Part shown: piece after piece, positions 39,730 through 53,817 of the stretch
Numbering within the stretch: the stretch's first letter is position 1
Layout of the letters: each line of letters begins with the position of its first letter
Assembly (NCBI GenBank): GCA_951406725.2
Contig: OX597816.1
Coordinates: 148,986,001 to 149,050,000, forward strand
Reading direction: 5' to 3'
DNA from: Octopus vulgaris
Lineage: Eukaryota
Length of the DNA: 64,000 bases
The notes under the pieces: model-generated
What the model was told of the DNA's origin: nothing
The model's input: only the letters and a program-made list of their open reading frames with translations
The model's database searches: none
Made by a program: the position numbers and the translations under genes

Positions 39730-41822
39730 TCAAGTAAGGCCATCTGTTTTATATAAACCTGTATTTTTGACATTGGTAACTTGTGTTGATGATAATGGTA
39801 ATGTGTCCCCTCCTGCTGTAAAAAGTCCTACAGGATAGACACCTTCATTGCTACCACAAATCACATTGTTGTCAATTAACTGAGTTGTTGTTGTTCGATT
39901 TATTGGCTTAGAAGGGTCTTCTTTTATGAGTCTAGATTGAGAACACAGTTTTTCTTCACTATATGACACAGGAGATAAGTCAGAAACTGAAGAACTTTCA
40001 AATACATTAGATTTTAATTTGGGTGATGTTCCATATATCTTATTTGCTGTTGCTTTGCTATTTGTGGTATCTGAAAATGGTAAGCTAAAATCTGTAGTGG
40101 ATACAGCTATAGAATTCAAAGGAGTGTTTAGTGCCCGAGAACTATCTGAAACTGAACTAGATGTTGAAGCTCTTTTATTCATTTGACCATATTCGTCATC
40201 ATCAGGTCCTACAGGCTCGATTTTTACAGTGGGAAGAATAACAGAACCAACTGGAGAGTTGCCACCGTTAGTGTCCAGAGATGCAGCCTCAATCTTTTGC
40301 TCAAAGAGTCTAACTGTATCTTCTTTAAGTTCTGCTAATTCATTTTGAGAAACCTCCCGCTTAATATCCTCAGTAGGAACAGCTGAAACATCAGATGGCA
40401 TCTGCTTGGTATCATCAAACGCAGTGACTGTTGAAGCAATTTGCTGACGTGCTCCACTCAGAAGATAAGCATCACACATATTTTGCAAGTCTTTCATGTC
40501 TAATTGTTTTGCAATGACTTTTAGCTGTTGTAAAATATTAAGATCAAGATCTAATAGTCCAGTATATATGTATTCAGCAAAAGCCATTAAAGTTTCTGTA
40601 CTAACTACTTCAGGAAATTTCACTTCATAAAACTGAGAAGAGATGTCTGTACTAATTACTGAGAACAGTTTTGGAGACACAGCAGACAAGACTATTTTAT
40701 GGACCTGAAATATAGTAAATGATAACAGTATGTTTATAGCTTGCCAACAATACATAGATTGACACTTAAGAGTCATGTTCATAAAACAGAAAAATGTAAG
40801 TTTGCTTTCCATACTTTTACAAAAGCAATTGACTACCAAAAGTCGTAAGTCACTGGAAGTTGATTTTAAACTTCATTCATTTCAAAGAGTTATTTCATTA
40901 ATACTTTAATTAAATCAACTCCATTTTCTTTTTCTGTAAAATATTCTATTGTATTTCAATGACTGAATCATAAAATTTTCTGATAATAATAAAACTCAAT
41001 TGAATTCTATCTATAACTTCTGATAAAGGCATAAAAGATTTTATGACTAATTTATTATAACAGATTTATCTAAGAATTGCACCAGCAAGAAAATACAAAT
41101 CAACTAGACCTACCTTTAAGAAATATAGAGGGGAGTAGAATAAAGAATATTGTGATATTAAGCACATTAGAAATTAAGCATAATTGTTTAGACTTGCAAG
41201 CAAAATTCTTTGCTTGTCATGATGATGACATTGGAAACAGTTGATAAATGTGAAAAAGTTTACAACTGTATACTTACCATCACAGTAGATGAGCCATTGC
41301 TAATACTGGCATCACATAATTTCCTATTTCTCCACATAGATGCTAGGTTAGACATGACACAATGTTCATGACTAGTAACTAGCAATTTTTGTTTCGGTAA
41401 ATCTGTTCTTCTAATTATTGATTTAGATACAGTTGTTTGATTTGGATATTTCACCAGCTTTGATTTGGATGGAGTTATTTGAAATGGTGAAGTCAACACC
41501 TGAGCTGGCCTTGTAATATTTTGCGATGCTTGTGCTAAACTTGAATCTTGCTGGACTGGCATTTTAGTTGGATGTACACATTTTGAAATCTTTGGAGTTG
41601 ATAAAGCACTGTTCATTTGCCTAAAATGAAAATTTGTAATTAATTCAGAATATATAAAAGAAAAATAGTAACTCAATAGCATTGTCAAAATACCATTTTA
41701 GTCATCACATACCATCTGTGATGTGATTGTTGATTTCTTAACATTTGATTCTCGTGTTGCTTCTTCAAGTGTTGCTCCCCAAGGTGCTGTATTTCTTTCT
41801 TTTTTTCCTGTGTCATTTTCAT
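39730..41822 (-). CDS. BTB-POZ domain protein, copy C, lacking the STPR exon; join(41822-41713,41620-41278,40704-39730), about 475 aa if started at the linker-exon ATG
   Basis: Three downstream exons are intact and in frame, and the linker exon begins ATG AAA ATG. Paralog homology breaks at about 42672 and resumes at about 50413 with no repeat exon between. Confidence 0.75.
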
Positions 41823-42670
41823 CTGAGTGTTGAGGAAGTGAGGCATGATCACAGAAAGAAATAAAAAGATAAAAGAATAAAAATTTCAGTTCAATGGAAA
41901 TAATTTGGACTGTGATGAATGAATAATTTAGGTTAATGAAAATGTCAATGATAACTGAAAATTCCTGTTTGTAAGACTAACAAATATTTGAATTGCCTCA
42001 TTGACACTTTCACTAAGAAAAAATGAAATCTGTCAGTCACATAAGTATATGGCAAATCCCCAAAAGCATTCAAAATCACCTGAACAAAGAATCTCTACTG
42101 AATCCTAAAACTGAAATGAGAATGGAGTTGGATGTTATACTTATTCTATTCTGAAATCTGACATGATGGTAGCATGTTGTAATTTGACTTCAACATCAAA
42201 TATATAGTAACTGCTGCCACAATTCACACAAGACTTTCTCTGGTAGATTTTCTGCAGAAAATTTTTCAACGTTGTAATTCCTGATTGAATTTACAATTGA
42301 TTTAACAGTAGCTTCATTAAATTTGTATTTTTATCATATACATTAATTCCAAAATTATACTCAATTTATAATGGATAGTGATCCCTCAACACTGTATAGT
42401 GTACATGATATTGTATTACAGGTGCATATTTTTGATAATACCAGATAATGAAGTACTGAGCACACTAAGTTACTTGGCTCGTCCACTGATGTTTATCAAT
42501 TGCACAGCTCCTAACCCTGACATGGAGATTCAAGGAAGCATACAAAGTATGACTGAGCCTTAATTCATGATTTTGTTGAGCTCATTCTTAATGAAAATTG
42601 TGGAGAGGCTGTAATACTAAAAGTTGACATCACAAGAAACTGCATATTATGAACCTTCTTAATACATTTA

Positions 42671-45600
42671 TCTATATCTATAAAACAGTCCTTGGATGAA
42701 AATTGTATGCACATTTTGCTTTGATGGTTAATGGCGGCCAAACCGAGGCTTGGATCAAGTTGAAAATTGGCAAGGATACTAAATGCATGGTGAGGATGAG
42801 ACCTGTGATGGTTAAAATTCACAAGCTATAAAGATGTGGTTGCTATGGCAAAAAGAGTGATTTTTTTATCGATTCAAGGGGCCCAGAGCCCCTCTAGGTT
42901 TGTGCGATTGGCTTTAAATGCCCAGTGGCATGCACTGCAGGCTGTTGTGCTTAATAAACATACATTTTGTCACGAAATTCCGGCTACTAGGGAACGATTT
43001 TTCATTGTGAAAAAATGATTGCTTTTTGCCCTCATTTTCTTTTTAATTTCTTACTACTTACATTGTTGGCATTTTCAGAAAAAAAATTATATCTACATGT
43101 AGCCCTTCAGAAGGGCTATCATGCACATTTTTCTTGACGCGAAATCTTGCTTTCAAAGTCAAAAACACTTAACAATTAAACAAAAATGTTGAATATTTTC
43201 TGTCATGTACAGCTTAATATAACATCATCGTTGTGAGCTGCAACTTTGCCACAAGAGAATTATCAATTTTTTTCACGGCTGCATAAACTAATTAAGCCAC
43301 AGTTCTAGCAATCTTATGAAAGCTGCCGATGACATGTGTTTTCTTCATTGAAAAGTCATTTGGATGTAAAATACATGTTTTTTTCAAAAAAAGAGAAAAA
43401 CAAATAATGATCACGTGTTAAAAAAATTGGGGAATCTAATGAGACAAGATTTAAGTCTCAATCTAGAAAGATGTGTTTGCATTGGTCAAAAGAGTACTTT
43501 TTTCGATTTAAGGGGGCTCTCACAACAGCCCAGTGACCGTCATGATATAGTCGCCAGAGTCTTTCACCTCAAATTAAATCTCCTGATGTTCTTGCTGAAA
43601 AAGGAGAAAATCTATGGACCTCTGAATGTATAGATGTATACTGTGGAGTGGCAGAAGCAAGGTCTTTCACACAAACACATTCTCATTTGGTGTAAGGAAA
43701 AAATCAAACCTGCAGATATTGATAGAGTTATCAGTGTTGAGCTTCCAGATCCCACCACTGATCCACAACTTCACAACATTGTTTTGACCAACCTTCTGCA
43801 CGGACCCTGCGGCCCTCTTAACCCCAGAAAAGCATCTATGGAGAACAACAAATGCAGCAAGCAGTACCCCAAGGACTTCGTGAGCGCAACTTGCATAGAA
43901 ACCCACAGCTATCCCATCTACCAATGGCACACTCCAGATTTTGGCAGCATTTCTGTTGAGGTGAGGAAGGACAGTGTCACATACTTCACTGACAACAGCT
44001 GGGTTGTGCCTTACAGGCCCCAACTTGCAAAAATTTTCAATGCACACATCAATGTTGAGAGCTGCACCTCCATCAGGAGCATCAAGTACATCAACAAAGG
44101 CAGTGACATGGTGGTGTTGATGAAGACAGCGGAGTGGATGAAGATGATGTGAAGACAGTGGAGTTGATGAAGATGATGTGAAGACAGCGGAGTTGATGAA
44201 GACAACGTGAAGACAGCGGAGTGGATGAAGACGACATGAAGACAGTGGAATGGAAGGGGTGATGTGAAGACAGCGGAATGGAACGGACGACATGAAGACA
44301 GTGGAGTGGATGAAGACAACGTGAAGACAGTGGAGTGGTTGAAGACGACGTGAAGACAGCGGAGTGGATGAAGACGACGTGAACACAGTGGAATGGTAGG
44401 GGTGACGTGAAGACAGCGGAATGGAACGGACGACATGAAGACAGTGGAGTGGATGAAGACTACATGAAGACAGCGGAGTGAATGAAGATGACATGAAGAC
44501 AGCAGAGTGGATAGAGATGATATTAGACAGGCAGAGGATGAAAGTGAGGAAGAGTGAATGGGAGTTGATTGGAGGGGAAAGTGAATGGATAGGGCGTTGC
44601 GTTGGCTGGCGGCATGTGTGGAGTTGTGTTTGATCATTGAAGTGCTACTTTATAGATGACATTTTTTGTTTTACAAGATTGCTGCAAAACCAACGTACAG
44701 TTAACCATGAGTAAAAACGTCCTGCATCAGGTTTAGTCCAACGACTTGAAGTGATTGACCTTGTGCTTTATTGATACTCATTCCAAAACACACTTTAATT
44801 GGAAATTGTTTGTGTGTAAACTCGAATGGACAGTCGGATGGACTTAGACTTAGGGGAGTTAGCAATTTTGTCATGCCTGCAGATAAGAATGGTTGTGGTG
44901 AGAATGCGAGTGCTGATGGCTGTGATGATAAGTCTTGTTCTGTTGCACAGTTCTGGTGGGTCGATGTTCCTAAGCAGCATAACTGGAGCACCGACTTTGA
45001 GTCTGAGGTCATGGGAAGGAAGCCCGGAAGGTTGTTGGGTGTTGAGGAATTCAGCAGGATAGTTGATAGCGTCATAAGCATTGTTTGTAGTGTCGATGGA
45101 CTTAAATGACACTTTGTTCCCAGGAATGCAGTTGAGGAGTTTTTGATTCATAGTATCGACAGTTGCGTTGTGTGTGGCTAAAATGGCTCGACCTGTAGCC
45201 AGCTGGGATTATGAAAGTTTGCTTCAAGGTCTGGAAAAACTGCCAAGATTAAATCTTCGATGCTTTCAACAAAATTTCCAAAGGGGAGATGAATATGGTC
45301 TGCATCGATGGCAGGTGCAGTTCCGTTTCCAACATTGAGCAGCTGTCTGGAGAATTCTTCAGAATCTGCATCCCCATGCAAATGCACTCTCATGTTGGTG
45401 GTGAGGTGAAGTTTCTCAACATGGCGCCAAAGGTGAGACGATTTGATGCATGCTTTCACTTCATCTGCTCTTGTGCTGCTGGTGATTACAGGAAGTGTCT
45501 GTTGGAAATCTCCAGCCAAAAGTACTGTCACACCACCCATCAGTCTAGCATTTCGACGCAGGTCTTGAAGAGTCCGATCAAAAGCCTCAAAAGCTGACTT

Positions 45601-47900
45601 GTTGCTCATTGTTGCCTCATCCCAAATAATTAGACAGCAATCAGAAAGAAGTTTTCCTCTGGGCATGCCTCAATTTATTCTGCATATAGGATTCTGCATA
45701 TAGGATTCTCCTTTCTTGCAATATCCAATGGCAATTTGAAGGCTGAATGTGCTGTTTTACAGCCATGCAACAAAGTCACTGCAATTCCACTTGATGCAGC
45801 TGCCAAAGCGATTCTCCTGTCTTTTCGCAGTTTTGCAAGTAGAAGGTTGATGACAAATGTTTTGCCTGTGCCACCTGGAGCATCCAAAAAGAAAAGTGTA
45901 CCTTCATTTGAAATGACACTGGAAAAATTCTGTTGTACGCGAATTGCTGTTCAACCAAAAGTTTGGATTCATTTCGAGCCACCATTTTGGTTAATTCTTC
46001 AAGGTTGTAGTACAATTCCGTGATGTATTCTGAATCTAAAATGCCATCTCTGTAGACAGGGTTTGGAATACCGAAATGAGATACACCGTCGAATCCAGCA
46101 GCTCAGAGACGCCTATCGATATAAAGGAGCGCCTCGTTGTAGATTTCATTGTTGTATTCTCTTGCGTGTAGTCTTCACAAGATGTCCTCCGACATGCTGT
46201 TTTTGTGCATTTCCCACAGCTGTAGGGGTTTACTTACATCGCAGAATCACAGCATACTGCAGAACAATCACCGCATCTCCGTCATGCTCCATCGTGAAGC
46301 TGTGTGTATTCAGCAGCTCAGAGCTCCTTTGGTGAGTGCAGATGTAGAGAAGACGTTCGGATTCAATTTTGGCATACATGTCAACAAAGAACTGATTAGT
46401 GACATCTTTGAACCGTAGCAGCTTGTTGAAATCGTTATCCCGAACCATCATTCGGTAGGCATAAAATGCCTTGCAAGAAACTTTTTTGCACAGGAACTCG
46501 AGTTGTTGGGTGTATCCGTTGTATGTGGAAGTGGTAGCCATCGTCACCACGTGGAAACAAGAGTGAATACTGAAGACAGTTGTAGGAGCAGTGGGTTTTG
46601 GAGACAAATGACAATCGGTTACTTCGGTGTTGGAGAACAATGTCGTGGGTGCTGTGTTCTTTGTCAACCATGATGGCTGCAATTTCGCTGGTTGTCGGAG
46701 CGTTGAATCTTCGAGGATGTTCGCCGGCTGGTGTCTTGTCAGCTCAGATGACCAGTTTCATTTCAGGTCTGGAGTCCAAAAATTCAGTAGCAACTTTCAG
46801 ATCGTGGACGTATGGATGGGTTTCATGAAGCATTGTTTGAAGTTCTTCAATGACGCTGCCATTAATGGAGGTATTTCTGCTACATCTAAGGGATGGTTCT
46901 TCTTCATTTCTGCCCATGAAGACTTGCATAAATCTCGGCTCCTCTCCTTGCTGTGGTCGAAGTTTCCAATCAAGTGGTAACACTGGCCTTGAATTTTTTA
47001 AGTGTAAAGTTTTTCTCTGGGCCTGGTTTGATCAGTTCGAGAAGTGCCAGCAACATCTGTGTTGTCGATGTTTGTTCTAGCATTTTGTCCATCCCTAATA
47101 CCGAAAGACGTCATTGCGAAGCAGGAATTGTACTTCTACAAATTCTTGCGAAATAATTTCCCGTGGTCTGAGTTACCGGTGAGAAGATCACAGAGTAATT
47201 GAGGAGGCTCAGCCAGTGGCTCAAGATTAACTTTGGTCCCGGAACAGCAAAGGCCCGGAGTCTCACATTTCCACTTTTTGGCTCCGCAGAAGTTGCACAC
47301 TTTGTCCATCTTTCCAGTAGACACATCAGCTCGACTGGCGTAGTCATAGGCAGGGTCGTAGTTGAAGGCAACCGAGGAAACGAACTGTTGACCAGGAGAA
47401 TTATAATTCATTTTAATAAAAGCATCAATTTAAAAAAAAAAAATAAAGTAGTAACAAATGAAAATTTAGCACAAAAAATGTGGAGGCTTCTAAATAAATG
47501 TTCAAATATAAAAGATACAAATATAGACGGCGAATTAAAATAAAGCACAGTTCAGATATAATAAACGTGCATTAAAAATTGAAATTGCTGTAGGTTAAGT
47601 AATACAGGAACCGAAAAAAGATTGTTCAAATAATCGACCCATGAAATTTGTAGTGTGTTGATTGGGTAAATCGTTTTAGAAAATATTTAATTAAATATTT
47701 ATTTAAAAAATTTTTATTCAAAAAACGTACGTGATAAGCACAAAGCAAATGCTTGATGGCAGGTTCTCTTTTTATTTGCTCCATCGGCGAGTTTTGGGCG
47801 GTTGAGGATTCCAAGGAGTGAGCCTTCATGGAGAAAAGGTGGAAAAAAGCAATGTGCTAAAAAAATTATTATTATCTAGTCAGTTTTTCTCAGTAAATTT
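42671..47900. mobile_element. Rearranged, degraded RepHel Helitron complex
   Basis: TCTATATCTATAAAA 5'-type end at 42671. Plus-strand Rep motifs at 43510-44115 (DIVARVF, VEWQKQGLSHKH, HGPCG, WVVPY, HINVE). Minus-strand Zn-finger (47411-47136, CNFC..CC), YAYRMM/FFVDMYAKIE, and Pif1 helicase (GGTGKT, IIWDEATM, GDFQQTLPV, NMRV, SINKAQGQSL). Confidence 0.9.
44121..44512. repeat. About 29-bp minisatellite, about 13 units
   Basis: Unit gaagacagcggagtggatgaagacgacgt with variants; lies just 3' of the minus-strand helicase. Confidence 0.9.
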
Positions 47901-48415
47901 CAAAAGAACGAAGAGCTCATTTAAATTTAATGTATAAAATATGAATACGTTTTGTTTTTGTAATTGGCAGTTAAAGCATGGAAAAAATGTGCTTTAAGTA
48001 TAGCTTAGAAAAATGGAGAAAAAATAATGAATGAGGGATTATTTTAATGATTTTAATGTTGTCAGTAAAGTAAAATGTAAAAAAATAAATTTTAAAAAAA
48101 GGAATCTGATCACCAGAACGCGAGCGAATAGCCCATATCAGAAGTATTTTTCTTTTAGGTAAAAAGGCTATTTATTAATCAAAAAATTACCCGAGCATGT
48201 GCCTTCCTCTTTCGCAATTTCCTCATTCTAGCTCGGTGGTTTGATAAGTTGGAGCGCTTACGCATAGGCATATTGAAAAGCAAATCTGAAAAATAAAATA
48301 TTTTGAAACCAAAAGATGATTTGATTTACAATGAGAAAAGGAATAAAATAGTTGAGAAGGGATTCAAAATCTGGACTTCGGAATGTATATGTATGTATAT
48401 ATATATATATATATA

Positions 48416-49570
48416 CTAGCTTAAGGTGACCCGCTCTACGCGCGGGTAAGAGTGTGGTTGTTACTTTCTGTTGTAAAAAGCACCATCCGAACGTGGCCGA
48501 TTGCAGCGCCACCTTGACTGGCTTCTGTGCCGGTGGCACGTAAAAAGCACCAACCGATCGTGCCGGCGGCACGAAAAAAGCACCCACTACACTCACAGAG
48601 TGGTTGGCATTAGGAAGGGCATCCACCTGTAGAAACACTGCCAGATCAGACTGGAGCCTGGTGCAGCCTCCTGGCTTCCCAGACCCCTGGTCAAACTGTC
48701 CAACCCGTGCTAGCACGGAAAACGGACGTTAAACGATGATGATGATGATGATGATTCTCCCTCTTTGTTTCTCTCTCACTTTTCCACTCTCTTACTTTTC
48801 TTTTCTCTCGGACTCTCCCTCGCTTTCTCTTACTCTGTATCTTTATCTATCTCTCTCCCATTTATAAACAACAAAAGATCTTGAGTAAGTTGAGAAATAA
48901 AATATTTTGAAAGATCAATCATAAATATCAGGCAGTGACAACGGAAAGGTCTGCTTCAAGGCAGACAGCAAAACACTAACATTTAAAAGGGACAGACGAA
49001 CTTGCAAGCTGAATAAAAATAATAAAATATTGGAAACCAAAGTTTGAAGGGATAAATCTGAGGATAGTAGAGTCACCATGGCTGGCGTTTCTTAACAACA
49101 GACAGCAACGTATTGACAGTTTAATGGCTGGCGTAAAATTTTGAAATTGATGTAAAAGAAAATTCCTAAACACCAAGTTTTGAAGTGATTCTTTCTCACG
49201 ACAATAGACTCACCATGGCAAGCATTCAAAACTTCTTCATCATGGACAGCAACACATTGACGATTAAAAGGCTGGCGCAAATTTTTTAGCCTGATGTAAC
49301 AGAGAATTCCTAAACACCCGCTCCTTTAAATTTTAATCCCCTTCCAGCCCCATTTAGACCCCTTTTCACATTTTGGTTAATATAACCCGATTTCATTCGG
49401 GTCTACTGGGGCCACATTTTATAAGATGAGGAATTTTGTCCTAGAGGTCACGCCTTTCATTTGAGGAAAAAAATAGTTGTCATGCAAGCTTGCCACCACT
49501 TTTAACATAGGTGTGCATATTTTCAGCTCAACCGACCACATAATGCACACATTATATATATATATACGTA

Positions 49571-49604
<34 letters not shown>

Positions 49605-50412
49605 TGTGTGCACGCATTATATATACAAATGTGTACAAATATATATATATATATATATGTATAAATTAAATTAGAGATAAAACCACTAATAGGCAAATCA
49701 AACAGTGAAAAAAATAAACCAAAACATAAAAATAAAAAATATAATATACAAAATATATAAAATATAAAATTGAAAAATTTAAATTATTTAAATATAAAAT
49801 AAAAATTATTAATTTATATTTATAATTTTTAAAAAATATATATAACTATCAAAAAGTATGAAAAAGTTTAATATACATAAATACAGATACACACACACAT
49901 ATAGAAATTAACCCAATAAATATCTGATTCATAATATTTGTTCTCATGATTGTGTGGTGGTGATGGTGGTGACGATGATAATTCTCTCTATGAATGCAGA
50001 CAGACGTAGAGAGAGAGAGTGTGTGAAAGCGCTGTCGAAGGCGGGGAGGGGGGAGATATAGAACGCCATGACACGACGTTATAAAGAGAAAGTGAAGATA
50101 AGGGAGTTAGACGCCGTGAAGCGACGTTATATATAGAAAGTGATGGGAAGGGAGGAAAGAGAGTGGGTGACGGAGGAAGACAAATACATAAAAGAATGAG
50201 AGTAGACTTGTCAAAGTGAGTTTTTGGCCCTAACAACGACACCTTTTAAGATGGGGATTTCTAACCTAGCCCACTAACATCCTCACCTCATTTTACATGT
50301 CCCTATAAAATTTGGAGTCAATCTGACGGGATCTAGTGGCCTTTAACCCGTTCTCAATGCCAAAACCAGACAAACAAACAAACTTTTCGCATTTCAGATT
50401 TATAATATAGAG
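48416..50412 (-). mobile_element. Non-autonomous Helitron with a nested RTE-tail SINE
   Basis: 5' TCTCTATATTATAAA at about 50412; 3' hairpin acccgc..gcgggt followed by CTAG at 48416-19. Confidence 0.7.
48475..48755 (+). mobile_element. RTE 3'-tail copy / SINE
   Basis: aaaagcacccactacactcac..ggacgttaaac(gat)n. Confidence 0.85.
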
Positions 50413-51806
50413 ATATGATGAAGCTTCTTTGCTGGAGTCAACATGAGAAAATAAGTAAAATATAGTTTCAAACCCTGCCAAAATCAACCCATACCATTTT
50501 AGTAATGAGTTCAATTCGAAATTTATGATTTTGTATCAAACTTGACTACCCGTGACCCATTGGGTCACCTGGAAGAGTGTTTCTTCTTTTCCAGTTTATT
50601 TCGCATGCGTTCAACGAAAGTGACATCATGCGTAACAAGGCTCTTTTCCCCCCAGAAAAGGAAAGATTTGGTTGCTACATCTTGCATGCCCTGCTACCAC
50701 GTAACAGGTATTTCGGGTCCTTTGTCGCAAATAGCAGGGCGTACTAGAAATAGAAGCCAAATCTTTGGCGCTGAGATACGTTGAATACACTCGGAAAAAT
50801 ATTAGTAATTGTATTCCCTTGGAGTGATCTTTCGCTTTGACTCTAAGAACTGTCATCCAGATCAACTAGTTTTGTTCGTTAATTTCCGTAAGAAAAGCTA
50901 AAAATATTTTTACTCCGCAGGGGAAAAGGGGGGTTTCTGTAGAAAAAAAAACCGAAAGGGGGTGCGGTCCATGTCCTTTACTTCCGCTCATTTTTGAAAT
51001 CACATTGAGTTAAGTAATTTTTAAATGATTAAAATATTATGTATGTCAAAGAATCGAAATTTTTTTCTTTTTTTTGTTGTTGTTGTTCTTAGAGAGCACG
51101 AACGCTGCGTGTGTATATGTCACAGGTGGCGGACGTGTGTTCGTGTTGCTTTGACACATGACATTCATTATATGTGTGTGTATTCAATGAGCGTAGTCGT
51201 CACGTAAGCCATATTTTTTTGTTTTGTTTTGTTTTCCAAAAACAGAAATTGTTCTAACGTCTTCTTTAATAAATAAAGGTCCAAATATCAGGAAAATTTG
51301 TACTGCCTTGCAGAAGGTAAGTATGAAAATAAATATGCAAAAAGTAAAAAATAGGATAAAATATACTATTTCTGAGATATTTCGGGTACACACAAACATC
51401 TCGGTACTAGTACCAAACATCTCTAGAGTTTTAGTATTATTAAGATGTAGAAATATCAATTTTTTTACTTACCACAAAGACAGTTGGATATTTTTACGAT
51501 ATTTCATTTTAGATGTATTCTTTAGTTAAGGAATTCGCTAAAAGCAATAAGAATCTGTTTTTCTAGATTTTCTATGCATTATATTTAATTAAGATATAGC
51601 ATCACATATATGTAGGCGATAGTTACATGGTACAAATATTATTTACTAAAGCTCGGCAGGCATGATTGACCATTCATCGCAAAAAAAGACAATAGGGTAA
51701 CTAGGATGAAACAAAAGAATTATAATATTTAAGATGTGAAAATAATAGAACCACATTAGACGATTTTCGAGTATTTCATAATAGCAAAGTGATGGAAACA
51801 AATTAA

Positions 51807-51875
51807 ACTTACCCGAGAAGGTCCAACAGTAGATGAAATGAGCGTTTCTAGATCCTCCAGGTTCGATAACTCTCT
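51807..51875 (-). promoter_or_regulatory. Putative non-coding first exon of copy C
   Basis: CGG|GTAAGT at 51813/51812; homologous block retained despite loss of the STPR exon. Confidence 0.4.
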
Positions 51876-51944
51876 TAATTTTTATTTTTTCCTTCAACGC
51901 AGAATTTTTTTTTATTATACTGTTGTTTTATTATATTAGTGCAC

Positions 51945-53800
51945 AATCAACAGTGAACCATGGGAGGGGCAGTGTTGCACCTGCACTCCTCTCCAGGCTG
52001 CTGAGTGTCGGTTGTCGTAGACGGAGGCTGGTGATTGAGCAGCTCGGAGAATTGGTCCTGCCATCGGCCCAGCTGGTCACTGAGGTTGGTAATGACCGTG
52101 CCGTTCCAATCACGGATTTTCTTACTGACACCCGGATTGCTTCGCCAGGCCTGCTTCACCAGTTGGTAAAGCTTGCATGAGTCACCGCATGCGGCTGCTC
52201 TCTCCGTCTGCTCCACAAATGCATGCCAGTGTGCATTTAGATCGGTCCGGATGGCCTGAGAGGCTTGATGTCGTAGATCTCAGAGTTTTAGAGCCCCCTC
52301 GAGCCGATTCACCTCGCCCTCTCCATGAGTTCAAGAGTGTCGCCGGAGATCGAGTCCCTATGACGGCAGTGAGTAGACCCGAGGTGTTTTCGGGCCACCT
52401 CAACTGTCGCCTCCTTCAGTGCACACCACTCCTGCTCCAGCTGCTGTTCCACTACGTCACCAAGCAACTGGAATCAGTTCTGCAGCCCCAACTGGAAACC
52501 ATTGCCAGCATCAAGTTTGAGTTGTGAGATGTTGATTCTCTTGTTGCAGTTAGGAGGAGGTTTCGCCTGCAGCCAACAACAATAAGTTGCCCAAACAAGA
52601 GTATGGTCTGACCCATGCTTGCTGCCCGTATCAGCCCTGCGATATGCACGAGATAGCCCACTGAGATAGCCCAGCGGGACCCGACCAGTATGTAGTCGAT
52701 TTGATTGGCTGTTCTCCCGTCATTGGACCGTCAAGTGACGAGATGGCGCAGAGGATGTTGAAACCGGGTGTTGGTAATGATGAGACGATTGGCATCTGTG
52801 AAGGTTACGAGGCATTCACCATTGTCACAGCGTACACCTAGGGCACGGTGTCCTAGTATATGCCACGCTGTATCATCAGCCGGCCTTGTTTGTGCATTCC
52901 AGTCCCCAGCGACAATGAGAACATCACTGGATGGGATACCATCCACTGCAGCCTGGAGATTGGCATAGAACTGCACCTTGCCCGCATCGTCTGCACTCAG
53001 AGTGGGCGCATAGACAGCAATCACACTGACATTGGAGATTTGATCCCTCAACCAAACCAGCGTGAGTCGGTGTGAGATCAGTTGCCACACCAGCAGAGCT
53101 GCTTGCACGTCAGGGCTGATCCCCACAGCAATCCCATGAAGACTGCTGTTGTCGGTCACGCCACTATGATACAGATGATAACTGACATCCTCGCCCGGCA
53201 CCCTGATAGGTAGACGGCAAACATCAGCAAGTCAGACCTCTGAAAGGCAAGCAACATTCACACAGTACTTGTACAAAGCCTTCATTGATAGCACCTGGAC
53301 ACCGTCACCACGAAGGGCTTTGATGTTCCAGCATGCTACCTTCAGTTTTGTCCTACGTTTAAGGAGTAGGACTACTCCAGGAGTAGTTTGAAGAGCCATA
53401 GCAGTTTGAGGGTTGTTGATTGGTTGCAAGTTTGTAGTAGGTAGATAATTTGTATTCGTATTCATTGCCATGGTTGTAGTAGGATTCATAGAAGTTTTGT
53501 GGGAATATTGAATTCACAAGCGGTCCCTGACATCTTGTATGCATATCCCGAGTGATGGGACACCCTGTTTGCTGCAGAGTCTCAACAGATGCAGGGACAG
53601 AATGACCTCGAAGCTGCCGGTTGTCAATCAGACGCCTCTTGGAATTTTCACCAGAGACCCATTGGCCAGACTGTGGCCCTAATACCGCTCGGTGCCAGAC
53701 TAATCAAAGTTCCCGACAGCATAGCTCTGACACTGCCCGTTTACACCACCCTACTGCTTTGAGGAGGGGTTGGACTTTAGGGTAGAGAGTCTGACATTGA
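51945..53800 (-). mobile_element. Degraded APE-type LINE (RTE-like), 5' part
   Basis: LKVACWNI, VACLSEV, VIAVYAPT, VAGDWNA, TNTRFQH, NQIDYILV; frameshifted. Confidence 0.8.
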
Positions 53801-53817
53801 CTAAGCATTCGAGTCTC

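Noticed and set aside
43667-44637. 275-aa and 208-aa minus-strand ORFs, and a possible CRISPR-like array
   Set aside because: Read-through of a head-to-tail 29-bp minisatellite with no unique spacers, in a eukaryotic context without cas genes.
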